DNA of 64,000 nucleotides from an uncultured Sulfolobales archaeon. Lineage in GTDB: Archaea > Thermoproteota > Thermoprotei_A > Sulfolobales > NBVN01. Numbering within the stretch: the first letter of the stretch is position 1; each line of letters starts with the position of its first letter. The position numbers and the translations under genes were made by a program. The DNA is taken from NCBI GenBank assembly GCA_938045815.1, contig CALIBI010000001.1, forward strand, positions 4,111 to 68,110, given 5' to 3'. Shown here one piece after another: positions 28,786 to 38,186 of the stretch. The notes beneath the pieces are model-generated. The model worked only from the letters and a program-made list of their open reading frames with translations. It had not been told where the DNA came from and did not search any database.

Positions 28786-29602
28786 TAATAAAACTCTTGA
28801 CTACCTCCTCAGGCATGGAAAGTAATATGAAAACCAGTGTAAACTCACCAGCCACCGCCAGATACTCAAAAATATTGAGGAAGAATAGTGAACCACTTAT
28901 TAACGTGCCTGAGATTTGGGCTGGCAGACCTACGGGTGCGTCAAATTTAGGCTGGTTCTGAAAAACATAAGCGTTAAGCCCTGTGAGCAGCCCTATAAAG
29001 ACAGCCGCTAGAGTAGTCAAGTATATTCCCAGAAGGCCTGCTGTCCACAACATAAACATGGGTTTCTCAGAAATACCCCTACTAAGTAAGAAATACACTG
29101 AGAAGATCACTAGAACTAAGAGTGGAGCTACCGCTGCGGCAGAACCTCCTTGGAATCCTCCTCCATGTGTTAGGTGACCGTGAAGCGCTATAGAAGCACT
29201 TACCGCGATTATTAGTGGTGTTAATAATCTAGCTGCAGTCTTACTTATCAGACTTAATCCGTAATTGTTGTCTTTATTGTTTGCGTTGTTTAAGACACTC
29301 TTAAGTGTTACACCTCTCATCAAAGTTAGCGCACCAACTACAGCTAGAAAGAAAACAGCAGTTTCGAATAGTGTATCAAGACCTCTATAATCCCAGACTA
29401 TAGCCGCGACTGCTACGGGGCTCATAGCTGTGAAATTAGTGTACTGCGGATTCAGTGTCGTGTAGAGATACCAGGAAGCTAACATCCTAACTCTAGGTAA
29501 TGGGAGCGGATAATAACCTAAAGCACCTCTAGCAAACGCTAGTGAGAACGTGAGAACCAATAATATTAAACTACCCAGCACTAAGAGTTTCTTAATCCTC
29601 AC
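28766..29602 (-). CDS. Membrane-bound hydrogenase subunits E+F fused (MnhB-like)
   Basis: VAAIVWDYRGLDTLFE (E part) and HGHLTHGGGFQGG (F part) in one ORF. Confidence 0.85.
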   Translation of the reverse strand: MRIKKLLVLGSLILLVLTFSLAFARGALGYYPLPLPRVRMLASWYLYTTLNPQYTNFTAMSPVAVAAIVWDYRGLDTLFETAVFFLAVVGALTLMRGVTLKSVLNNANNKDNNYGLSLISKTAARLLTPLIIAVSASIALHGHLTHGGGFQGGSAAAVAPLLVLVIFSVYFLLSRGISEKPMFMLWTAGLLGIYLTTLAAVFIGLLTGLNAYVFQNQPKFDAPVGLPAQISGTLISGSLFFLNIFEYLAVAGEFTLVFILLSMPEEVVKSFISGETYE

Positions 29603-29882
29603 TTGCTACCACCTCATTCGAATCATTCTCAGTTCTTTCAGTTTTCTTTATCAGAAAAAGAACTGCTGCAGGGTACAAACCCACAGATACTGGTATATAA
29701 ACCAAAGCTATGTCAGGAGCCATAAGTAAGTAGAAAAGTATAACGTATGTAGTACTTTGTATCGCAGATAAAACTACTGCCTTAATTAAGTTACTTTCTA
29801 GAATAGCCAAATATGTTGCGACTAGTGATACGACTCCTGTCATAGCCATAAACAAGTAAGTCAATGTACTTAATTCTATCAT
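29592..29882 (-). CDS. mbhD: Membrane-bound hydrogenase subunit D (DUF4040-like)
   Basis: NLIKAVVLSA...LLMAPDIAL. Confidence 0.82.
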   Translation of the reverse strand: MIELSTLTYLFMAMTGVVSLVATYLAILESNLIKAVVLSAIQSTTYVILFYLLMAPDIALVYIPVSVGLYPAAVLFLIKKTERTENDSNEVVASED

Positions 29883-30268
29883 TCCTTCCCACCCTCCCTA
29901 AACTTCTCCTTCAAAGCATCGTGAATTAACGGGTAGGGAATTGCTGCTTTAGACCTGTAGGAAGCTCTGGCTAGTGCGTGAGAACCTACGGGACCTAAAA
30001 GCAGTATCAGCAAAGCAGTCACTGCTGCTCCTCCTGTAACGAACCATCTGTGTGTTCCTAACTCAACGTAGCCAGCAGCGAAGAGAGCGGCTCCAATTAA
30101 TGGGACGAAAGCTCCCCATATAGTTCCTACTGTAGCAGCATGTAGCCTCACAAAAAAGTTAGGGAATCTTAGTAGTCCTATAGACCCTGTAAGGTCTGCT
30201 ATGGCTCCTACTACTATCATTAGAGTCCCTGCGGCCATTAATATTTCATTAATAAGTTCCTCTACCAT
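29879..30268 (-). CDS. mbhC: Membrane-bound hydrogenase subunit C (MnhG-like)
   Basis: IGLLRFPNFFVRLHAAT, PVGSHALARA. Confidence 0.9.
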   Translation of the reverse strand: MVEELINEILMAAGTLMIVVGAIADLTGSIGLLRFPNFFVRLHAATVGTIWGAFVPLIGAALFAAGYVELGTHRWFVTGGAAVTALLILLLGPVGSHALARASYRSKAAIPYPLIHDALKEKFREGGKE

Positions 30269-30270
30269 AA

Positions 30271-30552
30271 CTACTCACCCATCTCTCTAGACTCAAGATA
30301 CTTAGCTACATAAATATCTAGAGCAAATACCCATAAAGCCAAGACCATAGCTACAGCTATTAGGATGGGGGAATGAAAGAGTATACTTAAGATAGTTATG
30401 AAAGCTGCTAAGTCATAACTCATAGAATCTATAGCTAACACGCTGTCAGGTATCGTAGGTCCTTTAACAGCTCTCACTGAGTACAGCGCGAAAGCTGTTA
30501 AGTAGATAGGTATTACCCAGAAGACTACTGATAAGTAGAGCTCAGAATTCAT
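30271..30552 (-). CDS. mbhB: Membrane-bound hydrogenase subunit B (MnhF-like)
   Basis: GPTIPDSVLAID, AKYLE. Confidence 0.88.
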   Translation of the reverse strand: MNSELYLSVVFWVIPIYLTAFALYSVRAVKGPTIPDSVLAIDSMSYDLAAFITILSILFHSPILIAVAMVLALWVFALDIYVAKYLESREMGE

Positions 30553-30953
30553 TAAACACCACCAGCCGCCTTAGTAGTGGTTGATAAAGAAAGCTCGCTA
30601 GATTCTACGATTGTTGAAGAAGCAAGTCTGTACTCATTAGTAACTAAATACGCATTTACCGGACACACGGTAACACACCTATAACAGAAAACACACCTGA
30701 AATAGTCGACTACTGGATATATCCTCCTAGCATTAGTCTTAGGTGCTACATACTCATCAGGGATTTTAGTCATTGTTATGGCGTTCGCAGGACACTCTAC
30801 AGCACAGAGGGAACAACCAATACACTTCTTCAGATCCGCGTACTGTCTCCCCCTAAAATCTGGTTCTATGAGTGTTTGTTCTTTAGGGTACTGTATAGTT
30901 ACTGGCTTAACGAATATCCCCTTAATAATCTCCTTAATCAGACCCGGCCTCAC
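30552..30953 (-). CDS. mbhN: Membrane-bound hydrogenase 2x[4Fe-4S] subunit N (NuoI-like)
   Basis: PVTIQYP, CIGCSLCAVECP, CVFCYRCVTVCP. Confidence 0.9.
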   Translation of the reverse strand: MRPGLIKEIIKGIFVKPVTIQYPKEQTLIEPDFRGRQYADLKKCIGCSLCAVECPANAITMTKIPDEYVAPKTNARRIYPVVDYFRCVFCYRCVTVCPVNAYLVTNEYRLASSTIVESSELSLSTTTKAAGGV

Positions 30954-32152
30954 TTCCTAACACCTCCCAACTCCTTCAGAGGTACCTGATACCTGACACC
31001 TCTTCTTAAGTCTGTGATCACCGCTCTCTCCATGCAAGATATGCAGGGGTCGAAACTCCCCAGAATAATCGGTACGTCAGCTATCATCTGATCAACGTAA
31101 GTAAAAGCAGAATTAACTATGTTGTTTAGTGATGGGGTTCTTATCTTGACTCTATACGGTTTATCACCACCAGAACTACTGACATAGTATGTTAACTCAC
31201 CTCTAGGAGCCTCGACAGCCGCGTAAGACTCACCAACAGGGAACCTTCTAGGTAGTTTTCTCTCGTCAGGTACTGGATTACCTTGAGGCAGATGCGTTAA
31301 GATGTACCTCACCATATTTATAGACTCGTAGAGCTCCCCGAATCTTACCATAGCTCTCGCGTAGCTATCACCGTAATCCTCCGTAATAACATTGAACGGT
31401 ATATCGCCGTAAGCATCATACTTATCCTGAATTCTAATATCTGTTTTAATGCCAGAACCCCTAACCACAGGTCCTACTAAAGAATATGCTAGTGCTTCCC
31501 TAGGCTTTATCCTGCCCGTATCCCTCAGTCTTCTATTGATCGTCACGTCCTCCTGAAAGATCTTATGATAATATTTTATTCTCTCTTCAACCCTCTTAAT
31601 AATATCCAGTATCCTAGAAGTCTTTACCTCATCAATATCTCTCCTAACACCACCAACCATCATGTAATCAGCCATTACCCTCTGCCCAGTCAGTATCTCC
31701 TTAGATTTCATCACGTATTCTCTATCCTTCATTAAGTACATAAATAAAGTTTCGTATCCAGCAAGCTCGGCTGTTACAGCTAGTACGAGCATGTGGCTGT
31801 GAAGCCTCTCTAACTCCATCGAGAGAACTCTCAAGTACTTAGCTCTAGGTGGTGGATCTACGTCAAGTATGTATTCAAGCGCTCTCACGTAGCAGTTTGT
31901 GTGAACAGCATTACATATACCGCATACACGCCCAATTATGAATATATCTCTGTAGAAAGTGTTCTTCTCGGTCAGCTTCTCTATACCTCTATGGTTATAG
32001 CCCGTCATAACGTCTACCTTGATTATTCTCTCCCCATCCGCGTAAAGCTTCAGTAGTAGAGGCTCGTGTAACGCTGGGTGTTGAGGACCTACAGGTATCT
32101 CAACAGCCATAGGTATCTCGATCAGATGTGTGACTTCAACCATCTCAAACAC
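30950..32152 (-). CDS. mbhL: Membrane-bound [NiFe]-hydrogenase large subunit (group 4)
   Basis: GPQHP, HRGIEK, both Ni-binding motifs intact (RVCGIC, DPCISCMER), C-terminal extension after the Arg. Confidence 0.93.
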   Translation of the reverse strand: MFEMVEVTHLIEIPMAVEIPVGPQHPALHEPLLLKLYADGERIIKVDVMTGYNHRGIEKLTEKNTFYRDIFIIGRVCGICNAVHTNCYVRALEYILDVDPPPRAKYLRVLSMELERLHSHMLVLAVTAELAGYETLFMYLMKDREYVMKSKEILTGQRVMADYMMVGGVRRDIDEVKTSRILDIIKRVEERIKYYHKIFQEDVTINRRLRDTGRIKPREALAYSLVGPVVRGSGIKTDIRIQDKYDAYGDIPFNVITEDYGDSYARAMVRFGELYESINMVRYILTHLPQGNPVPDERKLPRRFPVGESYAAVEAPRGELTYYVSSSGGDKPYRVKIRTPSLNNIVNSAFTYVDQMIADVPIILGSFDPCISCMERAVITDLRRGVRYQVPLKELGGVRK

Positions 32153-32600
32153 CTGAGTCTTTCCTTAGCGGGTAGATATCTTTAGATGACACGTCCGCGG
32201 GAACAAAGAAAGATCTCCTTAGGTAGTTATTCCCATCAAATATTATTCCTAGTAGGTCGTAAGTCTCTAGCTCACCTGCCAGAGCACCGGGAACTAAGTC
32301 AATCACTGACGGTATGATTGGGTTTTCTCTAGGTAGGTAAGCTCGAATAACTAGGTATGTGTTGTGTCCGAACACATTAACGAAGTAATCAATACGTATA
32401 AGGTTTTTCTCAGGGAAGTCCGTGCCTTCTATGGTTGCGAGGTAGTAAGCTTCCCTGTCTAGAGTCTCAGACAATTTACTGAATACCTCCCTAATCTTGC
32501 TTGCCTCCACCTCAATAACTACTCTGTTAGGCTTCATGGTGTAGGAGTTAATCACGTATTCCTTAAGAAAATCAACCAGATTTAGATTCGTTACCATCAC
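32145..32600 (-). CDS. mbhK: Membrane-bound hydrogenase subunit K (NuoC-like)
   Basis: IPSV, ELETYDLLGIIFDG, YPLRKD. Confidence 0.88.
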   Translation of the reverse strand: MMVTNLNLVDFLKEYVINSYTMKPNRVVIEVEASKIREVFSKLSETLDREAYYLATIEGTDFPEKNLIRIDYFVNVFGHNTYLVIRAYLPRENPIIPSVIDLVPGALAGELETYDLLGIIFDGNNYLRRSFFVPADVSSKDIYPLRKDSGV

Positions 32601-33015
32601 CCCTCTCTAACTTCTTAAGTAGCTTAACGATGCCATCAAGTATTGCTTCCGGCCTGGGTGGGCATCCAGGTATGTACATGTCTACCTTAACCACCTTATC
32701 AGCCCCACCCACAACCGGGTAGGAACCCTGAAAAACCCCACCACTGAGAGCGCAAGCCCCGACAGCGACAACAAACTTCGGGTCAGGCATTTGCTCGTAG
32801 AGCCTCTTAAGTCTTTCAGCAGCCTTCTTCGTCACAGCTCCTGTGACGACTAATACGTCGCCGTGCCTCACGGAAGGAGCGAGCTTAACCCCAAACCTCT
32901 CTGGGTCGTAATGTGGTGTTATTGAAGCAAGAACCTCGATATCGCAACCATTGCACGCGCCGGTATTGAAATGTACTAGCCACGGCGAGTACTTAATTAT
33001 TTTGACTCGCTCCAT
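32572..33015 (-). CDS. mbhJ: Membrane-bound hydrogenase small subunit J (NuoB-like)
   Basis: CNGCDIE, DPERFG, VGACALSGG, IPGCPPRP. Confidence 0.93.
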   Translation of the reverse strand: MERVKIIKYSPWLVHFNTGACNGCDIEVLASITPHYDPERFGVKLAPSVRHGDVLVVTGAVTKKAAERLKRLYEQMPDPKFVVAVGACALSGGVFQGSYPVVGGADKVVKVDMYIPGCPPRPEAILDGIVKLLKKLERGDGNESKSG

Positions 33016-33083
33016 ACACTTAACACCTCCTAATCCCTATCATAAACATTGAATAGCTTAAAAATATTGAGTTACTATTGTTG

Positions 33084-35420
33084 TTATTTATTGATTGATA
33101 AAACAGAAACTGCCTGTCCAAGAGGTATCCCCCCATCATTTAGTGGGACTTTTTCAGACAAGAGTATAGGTATCTTAAGATCCTCTAGAGAGTCTTTGAT
33201 CCCGCTCACTAAGAAATCATTCACTGCAGCACCACCACCTAAAACAATGAAATCAGGCTTGAAGTACCCGCTATCTATCACCTTAACTACTACTCTACCT
33301 AAAGCAAGTCCTAATCCGTACTGGCTAGTACGTCCTACATTAACCTTCACACGTGTCCTCAAATCAGCATCCATTAAAATCTCAATAATTCTACTTAAGA
33401 ACCCGGTCAAATCAATTGAGTACGTGCCATCAGTATACGAAACTCTAAAATCCTCAACCAAGTCTTTAATGACTTCACCACCGCGTGAGAAAGCTTCTAA
33501 CGTTATGGCTGGCTCACCCTCATATGTTCTCACGTAACACACGCCTAGCAGTGCGGAAACAGCGTCTAAGAATCTTCCGGTAGAAGAAGACCACACATAA
33601 TCGCCGCGTCTGACCAGAGTATACAGCATATCTATCTCGTCAAGATCTTTAAGCCCTCTCTCAAAACCTAGCTTAAGAGCTACTTCCTTAACTTCCTCAG
33701 GACTCATGAAGGTGAGGAGGCTTGAAGCCAAGTATCTGGCTGGTCTGTAAGTAGATTCATCACCTATGAAGGGTAGGTACGAGAGGGAACCCACCCTAGC
33801 GTAGCTTAGATCCTCACGTATAATTAGGACTTCACCACCCCAGATAGCCCCGTCATCGCCGTAACCTACCCCATCCATCACTACAGCTATGGTAGGTCTT
33901 CCAAGTATTTTCTGGTCAGCCATAGTAGCTAGAGCGTGAGCGTAATGATGTTGCACCTCAAGCAACTCAAGCTCCTGATCTAGCGCGTAGAATCTCCCTA
34001 AACGACTTGAGTTGTAGTACGGGTGCTTATCTACAACGACAACAGATTTGCTTACGTCCACCCTATAATTATTTACGAGAAACCTGAGGTATTTTGAGAG
34101 GTCCTCGAGCGTGTCGAGATCGTCAGCGTCACCTATATACTGGGTTAATACGACTTTATCCTCAAAACCTACAGCACCAGCAGATTGTAACTCAGCCCCG
34201 AAAGCAATCACGTTCTTAGGTAGTTTGCTGCCTATCTTAATCCAGGTGGGGGCGTACCCCCTACCCCTCCTAAGCAGTACTGGTTTCTCGTTAGTGAATC
34301 GTACTACTGAGTCATCAGCTCTATTAACTATTTCCCTATCATGAGTTAACACATAATCAACTACCTTATTGAGCTTCCCGTAAACACATTCCTCACTAAC
34401 ACACATAGGTTGCCCTTTCGGGTTGCCGCTAGTCATTATAAGGAACTTATCACTTGTGTCAAGAAGTAGTAGGTAGTGTAGTGCTGTATAGGCTGTGAAG
34501 ACACCCTCAACATCCATGTTCGGTGAAACATACTTAGAAACACTTGAATCCTCCTTCTTAGGAAGCAGAACGATAGGTCTCTCAGGCGATTTAAGCAGTT
34601 CCTCAGCTTTCTTGTTAATCACTACAATTTTTCTCAAGACATGCGTGTCGAGGCCCATGATCGCGAAAGGCTTAGTAGGTCTCTCCTTCCTCCTCCTTAA
34701 CTTAAGAACTACTTCGTCGTCAGTGGCTAGAGAAGCTATGTGGTACCCGCCAATCCCCTTAATAGCTACTATAGCGCCCTCCTCAATAAGTCTAGACGCC
34801 TCCTTAATAGGGTCTCTAGACTCAATCAAGGTTCCAGCATTATCTGTTAGCCAGAGTCTAGGACCGTCTGCGGGACAGCTTATGCCCTGAGCATGATACC
34901 TCCTCAAATCCTCAACATCGCTATATTCCCTAGAACACTCATCACACAACCTATACTTACTCATTGAGGTGTTCTCCCTATCGTACGGTACCCTATACAT
35001 CATCGTGAATCTAGGTCCACACCAAGCACACGAGTTGAACGCATACCTGTATCTCCTGTCAGCAGGATTCAGAACCTCTCTTAAGCAGTCATCACATATA
35101 GCGAAGTCTGGAGGTATCATAGACCTCTTTATAGCTTTAACATCACTACTCAATATAACGAAGTCTCTAAAATCACCTACGTCATCCAAGACCTCAATCT
35201 CTACACCCTCAACACGTGCTGTAGGGGGTTTCTCACTCATCAGCTTATTAATAAATCTTGCGAGAGTTTCGTAATCACCCTCAACAACAACCTCAACTTC
35301 TGAACCACCAACGTTTCTTAAATAGCCTTTTACGCCTAGTCTTAACCCTAACCTGTGAAGGAAAGGTCTGAAGCCAACCCCCTGAACAATACCTTCAATT
35401 ACTAACCTCAGTACAGGCAT
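33084..35420 (-). CDS. hypF: Carbamoyltransferase HypF
   Basis: Acylphosphatase domain VQGVGFRPF, two zinc fingers, KGIGGYH YrdC domain, QHHYAH, DGVGYG, PLNDGGIPLGQ. Confidence 0.96.
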   Translation of the reverse strand: MPVLRLVIEGIVQGVGFRPFLHRLGLRLGVKGYLRNVGGSEVEVVVEGDYETLARFINKLMSEKPPTARVEGVEIEVLDDVGDFRDFVILSSDVKAIKRSMIPPDFAICDDCLREVLNPADRRYRYAFNSCAWCGPRFTMMYRVPYDRENTSMSKYRLCDECSREYSDVEDLRRYHAQGISCPADGPRLWLTDNAGTLIESRDPIKEASRLIEEGAIVAIKGIGGYHIASLATDDEVVLKLRRRKERPTKPFAIMGLDTHVLRKIVVINKKAEELLKSPERPIVLLPKKEDSSVSKYVSPNMDVEGVFTAYTALHYLLLLDTSDKFLIMTSGNPKGQPMCVSEECVYGKLNKVVDYVLTHDREIVNRADDSVVRFTNEKPVLLRRGRGYAPTWIKIGSKLPKNVIAFGAELQSAGAVGFEDKVVLTQYIGDADDLDTLEDLSKYLRFLVNNYRVDVSKSVVVVDKHPYYNSSRLGRFYALDQELELLEVQHHYAHALATMADQKILGRPTIAVVMDGVGYGDDGAIWGGEVLIIREDLSYARVGSLSYLPFIGDESTYRPARYLASSLLTFMSPEEVKEVALKLGFERGLKDLDEIDMLYTLVRRGDYVWSSSTGRFLDAVSALLGVCYVRTYEGEPAITLEAFSRGGEVIKDLVEDFRVSYTDGTYSIDLTGFLSRIIEILMDADLRTRVKVNVGRTSQYGLGLALGRVVVKVIDSGYFKPDFIVLGGGAAVNDFLVSGIKDSLEDLKIPILLSEKVPLNDGGIPLGQAVSVLSINK

Positions 35421-35496
35421 CTCTCCTCAGTAAACATGATTCTACTCAGCTAATTAACAAAGTCTTTCTTAAAGTGTTTTAATTCTTTATGAGAAT

Positions 35497-35997
35497 CTAC
35501 AATAACAAGTTTATTATAGCTATAACCCCCTCCATAGCTAACACAACTATGGAGGAAGCTATCACTACCCCAATCACTATAGCTAGCGAGGCTCTCAACT
35601 TACTTAAACCGAATATGTGAGCGATTAGTGAGGCAGTCCAAGCTCCCGTTACGGGTAGAGGTACCGCCACAAACACTGCCAGTCCTAAATAACCCCACTT
35701 ACCCAAGTACTTACGTCCCTTCTCTCTCGCATTATCTACCAATCGAGAATATAAGTATGCAGTAATTTTCATTAATCTATTGTTAGAACTCAGTAACGTA
35801 TTCTCTAGGAATTGAAGTATGTTCAAAGCCATGAAAGGAACTAAAGAATTACATAAAACAGCTAAGATAATGAGTAACCACCTAATACTTGCGTCTTGAG
35901 CGATGATGTAAGCTAAAGGTATAGCACCCCTGACTTCCGATATAGGAGCCAACGCACTCAAGACAACCAGAAAAATACTAGTAATGAGTGAAGTCAT
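35497..35997 (-). CDS. COG2426 / small multidrug export family membrane protein
   Basis: PISEVRGAIP, FVAVPLPVTGAWTAS. Confidence 0.85.
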   Translation of the reverse strand: MTSLITSIFLVVLSALAPISEVRGAIPLAYIIAQDASIRWLLIILAVLCNSLVPFMALNILQFLENTLLSSNNRLMKITAYLYSRLVDNAREKGRKYLGKWGYLGLAVFVAVPLPVTGAWTASLIAHIFGLSKLRASLAIVIGVVIASSIVVLAMEGVIAIINLLL

Positions 35998-36105
35998 TAT
36001 GCTGCCTCATTACCTAAACGAGAATACCTAAATAAGCCTAATTTTGTGTAGAGGCTTACATTATCTCGTGGTCAGCACTAAACTTATAAGCACTCACACA
36101 ATATA

Positions 36106-36921
36106 TTGGCGGGTTCAGTGAGTAGGGATTGGTTCCCGCGCTCGGGTGACGAAACTCCGCATGAGCACACTCACTTAGTGACGCCTGCCAGGGTTTACTT
36201 CAATAATGTCTTGAGTAGTAGGTTCCGAATGATTAAGGTCAAGCCTCTGCGTAGCTTAGTAACCCCTAAACCACCTCAGTTTTTCATGGTTTGGGTACCA
36301 GGAGTTGATGAGATACCGTTAAGTGTGGCTGACTATGACGAGAAAAGCATATCGTTTATTTACGAGGTTAAGGGGGCTGGCACTAACGCTTTATCTAAAC
36401 TCGGTTCAGGGTCTTACTTAGGTCTTAAAGGACCTCTAGGCAAGCCCCTCAACATAGTTGAAGGATTCTCTACACTGCTTGTTGTGGGGGGTTCAGGTGT
36501 TGCGCCAACACCATACATAACTAAGTACTTAGCTTCTAGGGGATGCAGGTTTGAGGTTATTTGGGGGGTTAAGAAAAGGAGCGAGCTCTTTAACCTAGGC
36601 TCCGTGATGAGCGGTGTTGAGTATATACACATAGCCACAGAAGATTGTAGTGTTGGTTATTGCGGGATGGCTTCAGAACTGACCAGAGAACTAGTAAGCA
36701 AGTATAAGTACGATTTAGTGATTGGTGTCGGGCCTAAGGGGATGCTTAAATCTTTATGTGAAGTTACTTCAGGACTTAACACTTACGTGGTTTTAGAGAC
36801 TATGGTGAAGTGCGGTCTCGGGCTTTGCGGTTCTTGTGTCCTCCCCAACACGGATAAACTACTGTGTGTTGACGGGCCAGCGTTTAGGTGTGAGGAGGTG
36901 ATGCAGTATCTCAGGACGTGA
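36106..36921 (+). CDS. pyrK: Dihydroorotate dehydrogenase electron transfer subunit (true start may lie further downstream)
   Basis: QFFMVW, GPLGKP, GGSGVAP, GP..M, MVKCGLGLCGSC..LCVDGP. Confidence 0.9.
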   Translation: MAGSVSRDWFPRSGDETPHEHTHLVTPARVYFNNVLSSRFRMIKVKPLRSLVTPKPPQFFMVWVPGVDEIPLSVADYDEKSISFIYEVKGAGTNALSKLGSGSYLGLKGPLGKPLNIVEGFSTLLVVGGSGVAPTPYITKYLASRGCRFEVIWGVKKRSELFNLGSVMSGVEYIHIATEDCSVGYCGMASELTRELVSKYKYDLVIGVGPKGMLKSLCEVTSGLNTYVVLETMVKCGLGLCGSCVLPNTDKLLCVDGPAFRCEEVMQYLRT

Positions 36922-37831
36922 CGTAGACTTAAGCACGGTCTTAGCTGGGGTAAGGCTTAAGCACGTTCTAATGAATGCTAGCGGTATTCTAGGAGCTACT
37001 CCGGAACACATAGCTAAGTTAGCTAGCTACGGATTAGCAGCCGTAGTAACTAAAACGTTCACTGAGAAGCCGAGGGAGGGGTACGCACCACCAATAATAA
37101 TTAAGCTTAGGAACTGCGGGTACATAAACGCCGTAGGCTTAGCTAACCCAGGTATTGAGTTACTGCCTCAGGTAGTGAGGAAGGGTAAGGAGTTAGGGTT
37201 AGTAACTATAGTTAGTGTTGGTGGCTCAAGTCTAGAAGAATTCGTTAAAGTCTCTACAGTAGCTCTCGATTCAGGCGCAGACATGCTTGAGTTGAATCTC
37301 AGCTGCCCACACACGAGAGGCTACGGACTCGATATCGGGAGCGACCCAACAAACGTTTACGAAGTCGTTAAGGCGGTGAGCTCCTTAAGCAGCACCCCAG
37401 TAATAGCTAAACTAGGCGTAAGCGACAACTATGTTAAGTCGTCTGGTAAAGCACTTGAGGGAGGAGCTAAAGCATTAACGCTAATCAATACCGTTAAAGC
37501 GATGATCATAGACGTATACTCAGCAAAACCAATACTCAGCAATGTTTTCGGAGGGATGTCAGGCCCTCCAATACACCCAATAGCTGTAAAGGTAGTTTAC
37601 GATGTCTACAAAGAATACGAACCAGAGATAGTAGGAGTTGGCGGGATAGTTGACTGGATCTCGGCTGCAGAATTAATATTAGCTGGAGCTGAAGCACTCC
37701 AATTAGGCTCAGCACTCTCAACAAAACCTAGAGAACTAGTGGATTCAGTACTAGAAGGACTAAAAGAATGGGTTAGTGAGTTAGGCTACACAAGAATCAA
37801 AGACTTAGTTGGACTAGCTCACAAAAAATAA
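36908..37831 (+). CDS. pyrD: Dihydroorotate dehydrogenase catalytic subunit, family 1B (first ATG at 36971; conserved N-terminus extends upstream to a putative ATC at 36908)
   Basis: MNASG, INAVGLANPG, ELNLSCPH, LINT, GGMSGP; in-frame DVDLSTVLAGVRLK lies upstream of the ATG. Confidence 0.9.
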   Translation: MSGRDVDLSTVLAGVRLKHVLMNASGILGATPEHIAKLASYGLAAVVTKTFTEKPREGYAPPIIIKLRNCGYINAVGLANPGIELLPQVVRKGKELGLVTIVSVGGSSLEEFVKVSTVALDSGADMLELNLSCPHTRGYGLDIGSDPTNVYEVVKAVSSLSSTPVIAKLGVSDNYVKSSGKALEGGAKALTLINTVKAMIIDVYSAKPILSNVFGGMSGPPIHPIAVKVVYDVYKEYEPEIVGVGGIVDWISAAELILAGAEALQLGSALSTKPRELVDSVLEGLKEWVSELGYTRIKDLVGLAHKK

Positions 37832-38018
37832 GTAACATTGAAACACTAATTTAGTAAAGCATTCAACACGTTAAGCTTTCGTGGCGAGCATAGAAACCTA
37901 TTACGTGAATACATCTTTCACGCACGATCAACGTGACAGCGGGACCACGAACTTACATCATTAACTAGAACCAGAGTACCCTCAGTTTTTATATTTTTCT
38001 TTAATTTTTTATTGTTCG

Positions 38019-38095
38019 GGGGCCGTAGTTTAGCTTGGTAGAATGCGGGGTTCGGGTCCCCGTGGTCCGGGGTTCAAATCCCCGCGGCCCCACCA
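38019..38095 (+). tRNA. tRNA-Pro(CGG)
   Basis: GGGGCCG/CGGCCCC acceptor stem, CGGGG-TTCGGGT-CCCCG anticodon arm, GGTTCAAATCC, encoded CCA. Confidence 0.95.
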
Positions 38096-38186
38096 AACAA
38101 CCAATTGAGTTGAGGTTATTGTCTTACGTTAGTACGATTTAAGCCAAGCAATACTCTCACGCTTCGTTCTCGTGTTTTGTTGATGG

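Noticed and set aside
30950-32152. Cluster as sulfur-reducing Mbs/Mbx or complex I-like
   Set aside because: The large subunit retains all four Ni-binding cysteines and a cleavable tail.
33049-33537. 162-aa plus-strand ORF and other long antisense ORFs (e.g. 44234-44629, 50983-51366, 61638-62045)
   Set aside because: Antisense to well-supported genes; no motifs.
37860-37990. Possible second C/D-box RNA upstream of tRNA-Pro (minus strand)
   Set aside because: C-like ATGATGT present but no correctly spaced D box or terminal stem.
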